Notes: generated by a model not told the origin, from the letters alone. Counted from the first letter of the stretch, positions 27,201-36,250 are shown. The stretch: DNA of 64,000 nucleotides from Candidatus Sulfomarinibacteraceae bacterium (GCA_963785275.1 CAWAUY010000015.1:43228-107227); one strand, 5' to 3'. Made by a program: numbers and translations.

Positions 27201-27435
27201 CAAAGGGCACCGCCAGCATCTTCGAGGTGATCGGATAGGTCAGCTGGTCCTCGACCACCTGTGGCGCCTGACCCGGGAACTTCGTGTAGATGATGACCTG
27301 GACATCGGACAGATCGGGAATGGCGTCGAGCCGGGTGGTCGAAACCGCCCACCACCCGCCGATGACGGCGAAGATGACCCCGACGATCACGATGAACTGG
27401 TTTTTGAGGGACCACTCGATGATGTGGCTCAGCAT
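24028..27435 (-). CDS. cusA: CusA/CzcA-family heavy-metal RND efflux pump (intact)
   Basis: Starts at ATG 27435 (MLSHIIEWSLKNQFIVIVG...). The pump body is uninterrupted for about 1045 codons (AIPDLSDVQVIIYT, GGIAISIGVLVDAAVIMVEN, VFTLQAQEGRLFKPLA). The natural C-terminus is expected near 24300, but the frame runs on with no stop to 24028 through the DUF3347 N-terminus. The ORF part upstream of 27435 is translated repeat DNA. Confidence 0.9.
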   Translation of the reverse strand: MLSHIIEWSLKNQFIVIVGVIFAVIGGWWAVSTTRLDAIPDLSDVQVIIYTKFPGQAPQVVEDQLTYPITSKMLAVPFAKDVRGYSFFGFSFVYVIFDDGTDLYWARSRVLEYLNGLSGQLPDGVTPQLGPDATGVGWAFMYVLNSPDRSLAELRSYQDWYLKYGLMSVDGVSEVASLGGFIRQYQVEVDPVRLRAYGVTLAAVKTAIQRSNSDVGGRLVEMGEREYMVRGLGYVKNIRDLEQIPLGVGAGGTPLSLSDVANIAIGPEIRRGLADWNGEGETVGGIVVVRSGADTLSTIARVKERLAELEVGLPDDVEISVGYDRTGLIHDSIETLTGTLIEESIIVALVCIIFLFHFRSAFVAIISIPISILLAFIIMRLQGLGANIMSLGGIAISIGVLVDAAVIMVENAHKHYEEWRDERSHFEIILRSAQEVGPTLFFSLLLITVSFMPVFTLQAQEGRLFKPLAFTKTYSMAMASIVAVTVIPVLMFWFVRGKIHSEKKHPVSRVLRFLYTPALNLALKWRWLVVVLAIAAVASVWFPLQHIGSEFMPPLWEGDLLYMPTTFPGISITKARELLQQTDKIIASFPEVESVLGKIGRAETATDPAPLSMIETTIVLKDPSEWRPGMTKEKLIEELDRAIQFPGLTNAWTMPIKTRIDMLSTGIKTPVGIKIGGPDLAELERLGKEVEAIVKPLEGTLSAYAERVMGGSYLDFDIDREAAARYGISVGDVQDVIMSAIGGMNVSWTVEGLERYPINVRYPRELRDNVEALAETLVAAPSGAQVPLSQVATIRIHQGPPMIKSENARPNAWVYVDLRGIDVGTWVERAKEEVAAKVELPPGYTLFWSGQYEYMQRAKARLLMIVPITLFLVFLILYINTKSLMKTAIVLLAVPFSAVGAIWLMYFLGYNWSIAVWVGLIALAGLDAETGVVMLLYLDIAYERWKTKGQMTTWADLTEAVDHGAVQRIRPKAMTVATTFIALLPILWATGTGADVMRRIAAPMVGGIVTSFFGELLVYPAIFFIWRSMGLQKSPLFATEPRRKENQHESEICSLSVAIVAVCPTLLAAGTTTFDNVMEHYEPIRLALLEDSWTVSTTTARPSRPSSGPSSPTSAPSARVPRTKPPRSSKRSLTR

Positions 27436-27752
27436 GAGGCCGCCTCCCTCAAAATACAGAGGGGAAGGGGGGAAAGGGAGAAAGGGGGAAAGGGGAATCA
27501 CGACTCTGGGCATCCGAGTTTTCAACGCAGAGACGCAGAGATGCAGAGACGCAGGGATTTCTATCAAGTCATCGCAACCGCCGGATTTCCCGGTGTGATG
27601 GCACATCCGAAATCCGAAATTTTCTAACGCAGAGGCGCAGAGGCGCAGAGACGCAGAGGAGTCTTCTTGGTCATCGCAATCGCCGGTTGCCATAGTGCGA
27701 TGGCAAATCCGAAATTCGAAATCCGAAATTCGAAATTCTTGATTCGCCCGCC
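27436..27752. repeat. Composite intercistronic repeat element between cusB and cusA
   Basis: G/A tract at 27460-27497. CGCAGAGA-type 8-mer x4 at 27526-27557 and at 27628-27659. CCGAAAT/TCGAAAT heptamer arrays at 27604-27623 and 27705-27738. Overall it is a duplicated module of about 105 nt. Confidence 0.85.
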
Positions 27753-29549
27753 TCACGATCCACCTCCGCCCTGCCGCTCCGCCACCAACTTGCTGATCGC
27801 CTCACGGAGATTCGACTCGGAGTCGATCAGGAACTGCGCCGAGGTGACGACCTCGTCGCCATCCGCGAGACCTTCGAGGATCTGGACCGCGCCATCGGCG
27901 CGCGGTCCGAGGACTACCTCTCTGGGGGCGAATCTGCCGCCACCGAGGGCGACAACGACGATGTCCCGTTCACCGGTACGGAGCACCGCCTCGGACGGCA
28001 CCGTGAGAGCGTCGGCCGCCGCCACCGGTTCGAACACGACGGTCGCGTACATTCCGACCCGCAGGCGGCTATCGCGGTTGGGAACGTCGAGGGTCAACTG
28101 CACGGTTCGGGTTTTTTCAGACACCTCGGGCTCGACGTAGCGCACGCGGCCGCGGTAGGTCACGCCCGGAAAATAGCTCAGGCTGACGGTTGCCGCGCTG
28201 CCGGCATCGATCCACGGCAACTGGTTGTCGAAGACCTCGACCGTCAACCACAGATTCGACAGATCGGCGATATGGAGCAGCTCCATTCCGGGCTGCGTCG
28301 CCATGCCCTCGAGCCCCGGCATCCGCAGCATGACGACACCGCTCGAAGGCGCCAGAACTTGCAGAGTGCGGAATACCTCACCGGTCTCCTCGAGCTTGGC
28401 GATCTGCTCCGGACTGACGTCCCAATAGGCGAGGCGCTGCCTGGCCGCCTCGATCAACGCGTCAGCGCGATCTCGTGTGTCGGCGGGCGCCGACTCCAGC
28501 TGCCGCGCGTAGCGCAGGGCCGCCAGCAACTCCTGTTCGGTCTGCACCAGTTCGGGCGCGTAGATCTCGAACAGCGGTTCGCCCTTTCTCACCGGTTGGC
28601 CGATGTAGTTGACATAGGCCTTTTCGATGAAACCAGGATATTTGGTGGTCACCGAGACCATCCGCTCCTGGTCATAGCCGAGGGAGCCGACCGTACGGAT
28701 CTCGTGGCTGATATCCCGTCGTTCCACCCGGCGGATAACGACGTTCATATTCTGCTGCACGGCCGGGTCGATGGTCACAACCGCCCCCTGGACGGACGCG
28801 TCGTCGGCATCGTCGGCGTAGACCGGAACGTAGTCCATCCCCATCTCGTCCGTACGCGGAACCGGCGAGGTGACGTTCGGGTCCATCGGGCTGCGGTAGA
28901 ACAGCACCTCACGCCGCTCCTGCCCAGCGTCGGTCTTCACTTCCACCAGATTCATCCCGCAGATCGGGCACGAGCCCGGTTCTTCTTCGAGAATGTCGGG
29001 GTGCATCGGACAGGTCCAGAGTTCGTGGACCTCATCGTGACCGGTGTCGGTCTTCACCGGCACCAGATCCATCTTGCAGATCGGACACGAGCCAGGCCCC
29101 TCTGACAGGATGTCAGGGTGCATCGGGCAGGTCCAAAACCCGGCGTCGTGATCGTGGCCGGTCGTGGGTTCCACGTTCTGTTTCAACGGCACCAGATCCA
29201 TGTGGCAGATCGGACAGATCCCCGGCTCGTCCTGAATCACATCGGGGTGCATACCGCAGGTCCACAGTTCGGTTCCGTGCCCGTCTCCGTGCCCGACCGA
29301 CACCGACCTCTCGACGCCCAGCCAACCATCCACCGGGCTCACCCCGAGCGGATCGACGACGAGGAGCAGCATCACGACAGCGCCCACAAGAACCCACACC
29401 ACGGCATTGAGGGCAGCACCCCCCCGCTCTCTCTTTTGTCGCCTCTCAGTTTGGTTGGATGGGTGGGAAATCCGAAATCCGAAATCCGAAATCCGAAATT
29501 GCCGCGCCCCCCCTTTCTCCCTTTCTCCCCTGCTCCCCTGCCCAGTCAT
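27753..29549 (-). CDS. cusB: CusB-type RND periplasmic adaptor with three tandem heavy-metal-binding (HMBD) modules
   Basis: ATG 29549 overlaps the cusC stop (ATGA). An alternative GTG lies at 29402, just before the TM helix. WTC(G/P)MHPD...PG.CPIC.M.LV occurs three times (nt 28941-29264), followed by an HlyD-type barrel-sandwich and beta-barrel body. Confidence 0.85.
   Translation of the reverse strand: MTGQGSRGEREKGGARQFRISDFGFRISHPSNQTERRQKRERGGAALNAVVWVLVGAVVMLLLVVDPLGVSPVDGWLGVERSVSVGHGDGHGTELWTCGMHPDVIQDEPGICPICHMDLVPLKQNVEPTTGHDHDAGFWTCPMHPDILSEGPGSCPICKMDLVPVKTDTGHDEVHELWTCPMHPDILEEEPGSCPICGMNLVEVKTDAGQERREVLFYRSPMDPNVTSPVPRTDEMGMDYVPVYADDADDASVQGAVVTIDPAVQQNMNVVIRRVERRDISHEIRTVGSLGYDQERMVSVTTKYPGFIEKAYVNYIGQPVRKGEPLFEIYAPELVQTEQELLAALRYARQLESAPADTRDRADALIEAARQRLAYWDVSPEQIAKLEETGEVFRTLQVLAPSSGVVMLRMPGLEGMATQPGMELLHIADLSNLWLTVEVFDNQLPWIDAGSAATVSLSYFPGVTYRGRVRYVEPEVSEKTRTVQLTLDVPNRDSRLRVGMYATVVFEPVAAADALTVPSEAVLRTGERDIVVVALGGGRFAPREVVLGPRADGAVQILEGLADGDEVVTSAQFLIDSESNLREAISKLVAERQGGGGS
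29467..29543. repeat. CCGAAAT heptamer array plus C/T-rich tract inside the 5' end of the cusB ORF
   Basis: GAAATCC x4.5 at 29467-29500. CCCTTTCTCCCTTTCTCCCC at 29507-29543 is the reverse complement of the G/A tract at 27460-27497. Confidence 0.85.
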
Positions 29550-30898
29550 GACGTCACCTCCAAAAGTCCTGCAACAACTCCCTCGAGCCTGGCGTAGGCG
29601 ATCTCCAGATCAATCCGTGCGCGCGCCGCGGCGACCCGCACCTGCAGCAGGACGCGTTCGGCATCGAGCAGGTCGAGGGCGCCGGCGGTGCCGGCGGCAT
29701 AGGCCGACTCCGCCGACTGCAACGACTGGCGGGCCTGCACGATCAGCACCTTTTCATAGAGGCCCACCTGCTCTTCGAGCAACGGGATGCGGTGGAGCAA
29801 CTCGCCCAGCTCCTCATCGATCGAGGCGGCGGCCTCACGAACAGCCTCTTCCGCAGCGAGCTTCCTGGCCGTTCCCTCCTCGACCCCTGCCCGCAGCTTC
29901 GACCTCCAAACCGGCAGACTGACGCCGGCGGTCAGGGCAAGGTCATCGTCGCCGTTGCCTTCCGGTGGGATCAACCGTCCAGCTTCGTCCTCGCGGCGGC
30001 CGACAAAGCCATAGCGCAGACCCACCATGAGGTTCGGGCTGTAGGCCTTCTTGGACCGCTCCACTCGGACCTTCGCCGCCTCGGCCTCAGCGGTGGCCGC
30101 CGCCATTTCCGGCCGACCCGCGAGTGACCGCAGCCGCAGGGCCTCGAACTCGAGTTCGACCGTTCGGCGGGCGACCGCATCGGCGACGACAACTGGGGTC
30201 GTCTGGGGCCGATCGCGGAGAGCGTTGAGCCGCGCCGCCACTTCGGCGCGGCGGGCTGCGATTCCGAGCAACCGGGTGTCGGTGCGCGTGATCTCGGCCT
30301 GGAGCTTGATCACCGCCTGGTCGAGACCGACCCCCGATGCGTAGCGCGCGAGGGCGAGCTCGGCATAGTGCTCCAGGGTCGTCCGGTCCTCGCGCGCCAA
30401 CCGGCTCTCGGCGTCGAGAAACTGGAGATCGAGGTAGGCCGTTCTGGCGTCGGTCAGGACCTCGAGTCGCCCCGCCTCGACCCGCGCCCGACTCGCCGCG
30501 GCGTCCAGCATGGCGGCCTGCTCCTCGAGCTCGAGGGTGCCGAACCACGGCAGGGACTGGGAAATGTTGATGGTTGCCTGGAGCGGTCCGACCCTGGTCT
30601 GCGGCGACATCAGAAACCAGGTCAAGGAGGCCGTCGGGTCGGGCAGAGCCTTGGCCTGCGGCGCACGTTGGGCCGCAGCCGCCGCCTCGGCCGCCATTCG
30701 CGCCAGCCGAGGGTTTCGGTCGAGCACCTCGTCGAGCAGCAACCGAAGTTTGATGTCTGACACCGAAGCAACGATTTCGTCGGCGGCTGACCGCTCGACC
30801 GGTACGTCAGCGTCCGCCGCGACCGAAGCTCCAGCCAACCCGGTCACGGCCATGGTCAACGTAAAACAAACCTTTGAAAAAGAGAAACTTCCATACAT
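29546..30898 (-). CDS. cusC: TolC/CusC-family outer membrane efflux protein (intact)
   Basis: GGAG RBS before ATG 30898. Signal-like MYGSFSFSKVCFTLTMAVTGLAGASVAA. Long coiled TolC-type repeats (LLLDEVLDRNPRL, DLLDAERVLLQVRV). Confidence 0.8.
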   Translation of the reverse strand: MYGSFSFSKVCFTLTMAVTGLAGASVAADADVPVERSAADEIVASVSDIKLRLLLDEVLDRNPRLARMAAEAAAAAQRAPQAKALPDPTASLTWFLMSPQTRVGPLQATINISQSLPWFGTLELEEQAAMLDAAASRARVEAGRLEVLTDARTAYLDLQFLDAESRLAREDRTTLEHYAELALARYASGVGLDQAVIKLQAEITRTDTRLLGIAARRAEVAARLNALRDRPQTTPVVVADAVARRTVELEFEALRLRSLAGRPEMAAATAEAEAAKVRVERSKKAYSPNLMVGLRYGFVGRREDEAGRLIPPEGNGDDDLALTAGVSLPVWRSKLRAGVEEGTARKLAAEEAVREAAASIDEELGELLHRIPLLEEQVGLYEKVLIVQARQSLQSAESAYAAGTAGALDLLDAERVLLQVRVAAARARIDLEIAYARLEGVVAGLLEVTS

Positions 30899-30968
30899 TT
30901 CTGACTCCAATGGGCAGGGAGAGAAGACACACTTCTCCCCAGACGGCAATTCGCGACGCGAATCGGCC

Positions 30969-31394
30969 CTAGGTCAGAAAGACGCAGTCAATGAGGAAAA
31001 TGAGGGGATGTGGTGGTGGGGCGGGCGTGCGCTGGCCGGCAACGGCTGCCATCGGACGGCTGACGCTCTCGGACCATACCGCAGCATGGAGCGTTGCGGC
31101 ACGGTCGTTCTCTTGCGCCGGCGCCTCGACTGCGGCAATCGCTACCGGCGCGTCACGTCCGCAATCGCACGCCTTGGCACCGGCGGGTGCAGGGGTGCTC
31201 TCAGCCGGCTTGTCGGCCGTGTCGCCGCTGCAGCACGAGTGGTCGGTGGTTGTGGGCTCTGGCGCCGCCATGCTCGCGCACGGCACGCCGCGATCACAGA
31301 ATCCGCAAGCTCCGGCCGTCGGCGCAGCCATGACAAGACCCGGCAACAGCAGGGCGACCACGGCTAACGAGCGCAGGAGCTTACCTCGTCTCAT
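30969..31394 (-). CDS. Small secreted Cys-rich hypothetical protein upstream of cusC
   Basis: MRRGKLLRSLAVVALLLPGLVMA signal, then GACGFCDRGVPC, HSCCSG and KACDCG. Confidence 0.45.
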   Translation of the reverse strand: MRRGKLLRSLAVVALLLPGLVMAAPTAGACGFCDRGVPCASMAAPEPTTTDHSCCSGDTADKPAESTPAPAGAKACDCGRDAPVAIAAVEAPAQENDRAATLHAAVWSESVSRPMAAVAGQRTPAPPPHPLIFLIDCVFLT

Positions 31395-31476
31395 ACTTAC
31401 ATTTGAACAGTATCGCAAGTCTCGTCATTCCGTCAATTAGCCGTCACCCGTCGAATTTCCAGTCGCATCCGGCACC

Positions 31477-32427
31477 TTGACTTTGTGCGAGGATCGGGTT
31501 CAGATGCCTCAGAAAACTCGAGGAGGCCATGCCGCGATGGAAACCGACGAACCCGTCCTGATCGACTACGTCCGCGGTCCGGTCGAAGTTTACGGCCGCA
31601 AAATGAAGATGGAGTACGTGGGGATGGCCTCGGTCTTCGTCGTCATCGCTTTTCTGATCTATGACGGATCGCCGTGGTCGATCTCCATTCCCGCCACCTT
31701 GGGAAGCTTCTTCCTGTTCCTCGGGCTCAAGAAGAAAAACCGCGACCACCTGATGTGCTCGTTTCTGCTCTTTCTCGCCGCGGCCCTTGCCCGGCCGGCG
31801 GTCGTGGGGCTGGGTTGGGCCGTCCCGATACTGCTTTTCGGCGCCACTGTCTTCTCACTCGAGCGCTATATCGAGAAACGGCCCAAACAGGCCTACGGGC
31901 TGCCGGTGGTGCTCGGGATCTGGGGGTGGCTCAACGGCTTCTGGCTGTTTGGGCTTTTGTTTGCCGCGATGTACCTGCTCCACCCTCGAAAGGACCGTCC
32001 CGAGGCCAAGAAGATCCTGATCCGTGTGGTGCCCGCGGCCGCTGGAGCCGGTGGCGCCGCCACTGCCCTTCGTCTCTTCGGATCGACACCTCCCGCCGAC
32101 TACTGGCCCACATCCCTCGCTTCGCCGCCCGGCTTGTGGAGTCTGGTTATTTTCGGAGTCATCGTCGTCGCCGGGGTGGTGGTGGCTGCGTACTGGAAAA
32201 GACTGATCCCTCCGCACCGCATCAACTCGGTCGTGTTCGCGGCCCTGGCGCCGTGGGACGTCCGACTGGCCGCGTTGTTTGGAATGGTTGCGGCGGTGCT
32301 TCTGGCAGCCACGGTATTCCGGCACAGCATCGACTCCGACCGCGCGCGGCCCTTCTTCAAACACGCCGAGTGGCACTTCTTCTGGGTCGTGCTCGCTTTG
32401 GCGGTGTGGGCTGTGTTGAGGGGTTGA
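31477..32427 (+). CDS. Multi-pass membrane protein, unknown function
   Basis: Intact ORF with at least 7 hydrophobic helices. The start is uncertain (Met codons at 31477, 31504 or 31537). It is divergent from the cus operon. Confidence 0.5.
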   Translation: MTLCEDRVQMPQKTRGGHAAMETDEPVLIDYVRGPVEVYGRKMKMEYVGMASVFVVIAFLIYDGSPWSISIPATLGSFFLFLGLKKKNRDHLMCSFLLFLAAALARPAVVGLGWAVPILLFGATVFSLERYIEKRPKQAYGLPVVLGIWGWLNGFWLFGLLFAAMYLLHPRKDRPEAKKILIRVVPAAAGAGGAATALRLFGSTPPADYWPTSLASPPGLWSLVIFGVIVVAGVVVAAYWKRLIPPHRINSVVFAALAPWDVRLAALFGMVAAVLLAATVFRHSIDSDRARPFFKHAEWHFFWVVLALAVWAVLRG

Positions 32428-32445
32428 CGATCCGGATCAGTTAGC

Positions 32446-32648
32446 CGACATGGCTTTCAGCGCGCTCTTCCCGTGGGGGCTGACGGCCCGGGCCACTGTC
32501 GTTCCCTAGCAGTCAACCGACATGACCTTTAGCACGCCCTTCCCGTGCGGAGCAATCGCGGCCCCGACATGGCTTTGAGCACGCGCTTCCCGTGCGGAGC
32601 AATCGCGGCCCCGACATGGCTTTGAGCACGCGCTTCCCGTGCGGAGCC
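32446..32648. repeat. Tandem 47-nt repeat, 4 copies (2 near-identical, 2 degenerate)
   Basis: The unit is CCGACATGGCTTTGAGCACGCGCTTCCCGTGCGGAGCAATCGCGGCC. Copies start at 32446, 32517, 32564 and 32611. There are no spacers. Confidence 0.85.
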
Positions 32649-32652
32649 ACCC

Positions 32653-32828
32653 TTGACATTGTCTGCCCGCAACTCTCTACCGACATAAACGACCGAGCTT
32701 CCGACAATGTCAAAAGTGGCACCGCCGCCGCACGTGGGCACCGCCGCCGCACGTGGGCACCGCCGCCGCACGAGGCCTTTCCCCGCGTTGTGCGGGCGTC
32801 CCGCCTGCATGCGGGCGGACGCCCGCAC
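32653..32828. repeat. Inverted repeat, 19-mer x3 tandem repeat and long GC palindrome
   Basis: TTGACATTGTC (32653) pairs with GACAATGTCAA (32703). GTGGGCACCGCCGCCGCAC x3 at 32716-32771. GTGCGGGCGTCC...GGACGCCCGCAC palindrome at 32790-32828, followed by CACAA. Confidence 0.85.
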
Positions 32829-32883
32829 CACAAGCCGAGTTACACTCTGGCGGTCAAACCGGTCGATTCCGAGGAGGTCTCCG

Positions 32884-35800
32884 ATGTTCCGTAAGCCGTG
32901 GTTCTGGGCCGCATTCACCCTGATTTCGGTTCTGTGCACCGCGTGGGCGGTGCTGAACTTCGCGCGCGCCTTTCCTCTGGTGACTCTCAACGTCACCATG
33001 GACCGTGCGGCGGCGATGGCAGCGGCCGACGACCTTGCCGCGAGCCGCGATTGGGGCCCCTCAGAGCCAGCGCGCCAGGCGGTGCAGTTCAGCCTCGACA
33101 ACCAGGTCCAGAGCTTCGTCGAGCTCGAGGCCGGCGGCAAGGAGGCCTATACGGCTATGCTCGCGGGCGACCTCTACTCTCCGTACTCATGGCGCGTGCG
33201 GCGCTTTCGCGAAGGTGAGACCAACGAGACGCTGATCAGGTTCAGGCCTGACGGCACGGCCTACGGCTTTCGCGAGAGAATGCCCGAGGACGAGGCCGGT
33301 GCGAGCCTCGGGGCCGAAGCGGCACAGGCCCTTGCCGAAGCTGCGGTTGCCGATGACTGGAATGTCGATCTCGGCGAGTACGAGCTGGTGGAGGCCTCGC
33401 ACGAGGTCCGGCCAGGTGGCCGCACCGACCACACCCTGGTCTACGAGCGGCCCGATGTGATGATCGGCGAAGGCCGCTATCGGCTCAGGCTCACGGTGTC
33501 GGGCGATCGCTTCACCGAACTCACCCACTTCATCAAAATCCCCGAGGCCTTCAGACTCCGCTATGCCGAGATGCGATCGGCCAACGACGCCATTGCAACC
33601 GGATCGCTGTTTGCCATCGCCATCCTCTATATGGCAGGCGGCTGCGTCGTCGGTTTGTTCTTCCTGCTCAAGGAACGCTGGGTCGTCTGGAAACCGGCCC
33701 TCAAGTGGGCGCTCTTCATCGCCTTTCTGCAGGCGCTGGTGGTGCTCAACCAGTGGCCCCTCTTGTGGATGGGTTACGACACAGCAGTCTCGTCCACCAC
33801 CTTCGCCCTCCAGCAGGTCGCCATCGCGCTCGCCCAGCTGGTCGGGATGGGTTCGGTGCTCGCCCTTTCCTTCATCGCCGCCGAAAGCCTCGGCCGCAAG
33901 GCGTTTCCACACCACATCCAACTGTGGAAAACGTGGTCCGGGGAGGTGGCGCCGACCAGGACCATGCTCGGCCAGACTGTTGCCGGCTATCTGCTGATCG
34001 GCATCTTCTTCGCCTACGAGGTCGGGCTCTACCTCTTTACGGCGCGCCACTTCGATTGGTGGAGCCCCTCGAGCGCCCTCACCGATCCCAATGTGCTTGC
34101 GAACATCTTTCCCTGGCTCACATCGATCGCGATCTCGCTCCAGGCGGGATTTTGGGAGGAGTGCCTCTTCCGCGCCGTGCCCCTCGCCGGCGCCGCCCTC
34201 CTCGGCAAACGATTCGGCAAGCCCTGGTTGTGGATCACCGGGGCGATGATCCTGCAGGCTGTCATCTTCGGCGCGGGCCATGCCAACTACCCGGCGCAGC
34301 CGGCCTACGCCCGGGTGGTGGAGCTGATCATCCCGGCCCTCGGTTTCGGCGGGCTGTACCTGCTTTTCGGTCTGGTTCCGGCAATCGTCTTCCACTTCGC
34401 GTTCGATGTCGTGTGGTTTGCCCTACCCCTCTTTGCGGCCGCAAACCCCCGGGATCTGGATCAGCCGCGGGTTGGTGATCCTGCTGACACTGATACCGCT
34501 GTGGGTGGTATTGCGCGCAAGGTGGCGCGCCGGCGCCTGGGGTGCGGTCCCCGCCGATGCCTACAACGCAGCGTGGGTGCCGCCGCCGGCGCCCGAAAAA
34601 GCAGCGCCCACGGTGCAGAGCGCCGCCGGCGGTCTGTCATCGCGGCTGCGGACCGCTCTGCCGCTGGTCGGTCTCGCAGGCCTGGTCATGTGGGGCCTGG
34701 CATCGAGCTTCCGCCCCGACGCGCCGTCCCTCGAGAACACCGATCACGACGCTCGAACGGCAGCCCGCGAACAGCTTGCGGCGGTGGGAGTCGAACTCGG
34801 CGACGAGTGGCGAGAACTGGCCAATGCCCAGACGCCTCTCGGGCTCGAGGACCGGTTCATCTGGACCGAAGGCGGGCCTGAAGCCTATCGCCAACTTCTC
34901 GGCCGGTATCTGCCGGTTCCGCGGCGCGTGGTCCGGTACGCGAAATTTGAAGGCAATGTCGCCGAACGGGCAGAGGAATACCTGGTCTTCGTGGGGCCCG
35001 ACGGCGTGGTCCAACGCATGACCCACCGCCTCCCCGAAGGTCGCGCCGGAGAGCAACTCGAAGAAGAGCAGGCCCGAATTATCGCTACCGCAGCCCTCCG
35101 CGCCGACCTCGGATTGAACCCAGAGAACCTCGAGGAAGTTTCGGCCGATCCGTCACAGCTCCCCGACCGACGCGACTGGACGTTTGTCTTCAGGGCCCCT
35201 GCGGACTATCCGCTCGAGAACGGCGAGGCGCGCATCAGCATCCGCATCGCCGGGGATGAGGTCGTGGAGACCGGTCGCTACATCCACATTCCCGAGGACT
35301 GGGAGCGCGAACACCGCAACCGCCAGGGCGTGGCCCAGATCATCCAGATCAGCTGCGTGGTACTGATGGTGCTGCTGTTTCTCGCCGCTGCAGTACTGGC
35401 GATCATTCGGTGGAGCCGAGGACGCTTCGACCGGGCGACCTTTACCATCTTCTTTGTCGCCATGGCGGTGCTCGGCGCCATCGGTCTCGGCAACGGGTTC
35501 CGTGCCGGGACGTCGCAGTTCATGACAGCGCAACCGTGGAATCTCCAGGTCGCCATCGTGCTCATCGGCGGGCTCATCGCAACTACCGGGATCGCGGCGG
35601 TCACCGGCCTGTTGATCGGCCTCGCCCACCGGTGGCTGCCCCCTCAAGCGTCAGGCTCCCGCGGTCGCGACCTCATTGCAGGTTTCGGCCTCGGCGCACT
35701 GTTGTCCGGGCTCGGCGCCCTGGCGGCCGCTTTGACCCCGGCCAAGCTTCCATCGTGGCCCAACTTCGGCGGCGCGGCTGACTCGGTGCCGGTCCTCGGC

Positions 35801-36250
35801 GCCGCGCTGGGACCCCTGTCGTCCTGGGTCACCGGCACCGCATTGATGCTCGTGGTGGTGGCTCTCGTCCAGGCTGTGACCTCCGACTGGCAGCGCCGGT
35901 TCGCCGCAGGTTCCGCGATCCTGGTCGGTCTCGGACTCGTGGTCGCAGGCAGCGACGGCGTCGAGACCGTGCCCCTGTGGTTCGCTGAAGGCGTGTTGAC
36001 CGGGCTCGTCCTGCTCGCGGTGTGGGTGCTGGCCCTCCGCCACCAACCCGCGCTGGTGCCGCTCGTGACCGCGACCGGCACCGTCCTCGGCGCTGTCCAC
36101 GATGCGGTTGTCGGCGCCTTTCCGGGGGCGACCGCAGGCTCCTTGATTGGGGCGGTCCTGGTCGTCGCGGCAGCCGTGTGGTGGCACGGGAGGCTCGCCT
36201 CGGGCTCGGGCGACACGACCGGCACCGAGGATAAGGGTGGTGCCAGATAA
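32884..36250 (+). CDS. Giant CPBP-family (CAAX-protease-like) membrane protein with duplicated ectodomain; one apparent frameshift at 34446-34452
   Basis: GAGGAGG RBS before ATG 32884. Carries WEECLFRAVP and FGAGHANY motifs. The frame changes at a C5G3 run, and the text reads continuously across it (LFAAANP | GIWISRGLVILL). The second half has a second ectodomain and about 8 more helices. Confidence 0.7.

Noticed and set aside
27436-27756. N-terminal 107-aa extension of CusA in the 1242-aa ORF (FRISDFEFRICH...)
   Set aside because: It is the translated repeat element (7- and 8-nt periodicities). The conserved pump N-terminus MLSHIIEW begins at the ATG at 27435.
32446-32648. Possible CRISPR array (regular ~47-nt repeats)
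   Set aside because: The units are directly adjacent with no unique spacers, two copies are degenerate, and no cas genes are in the window. It is a plain tandem repeat.
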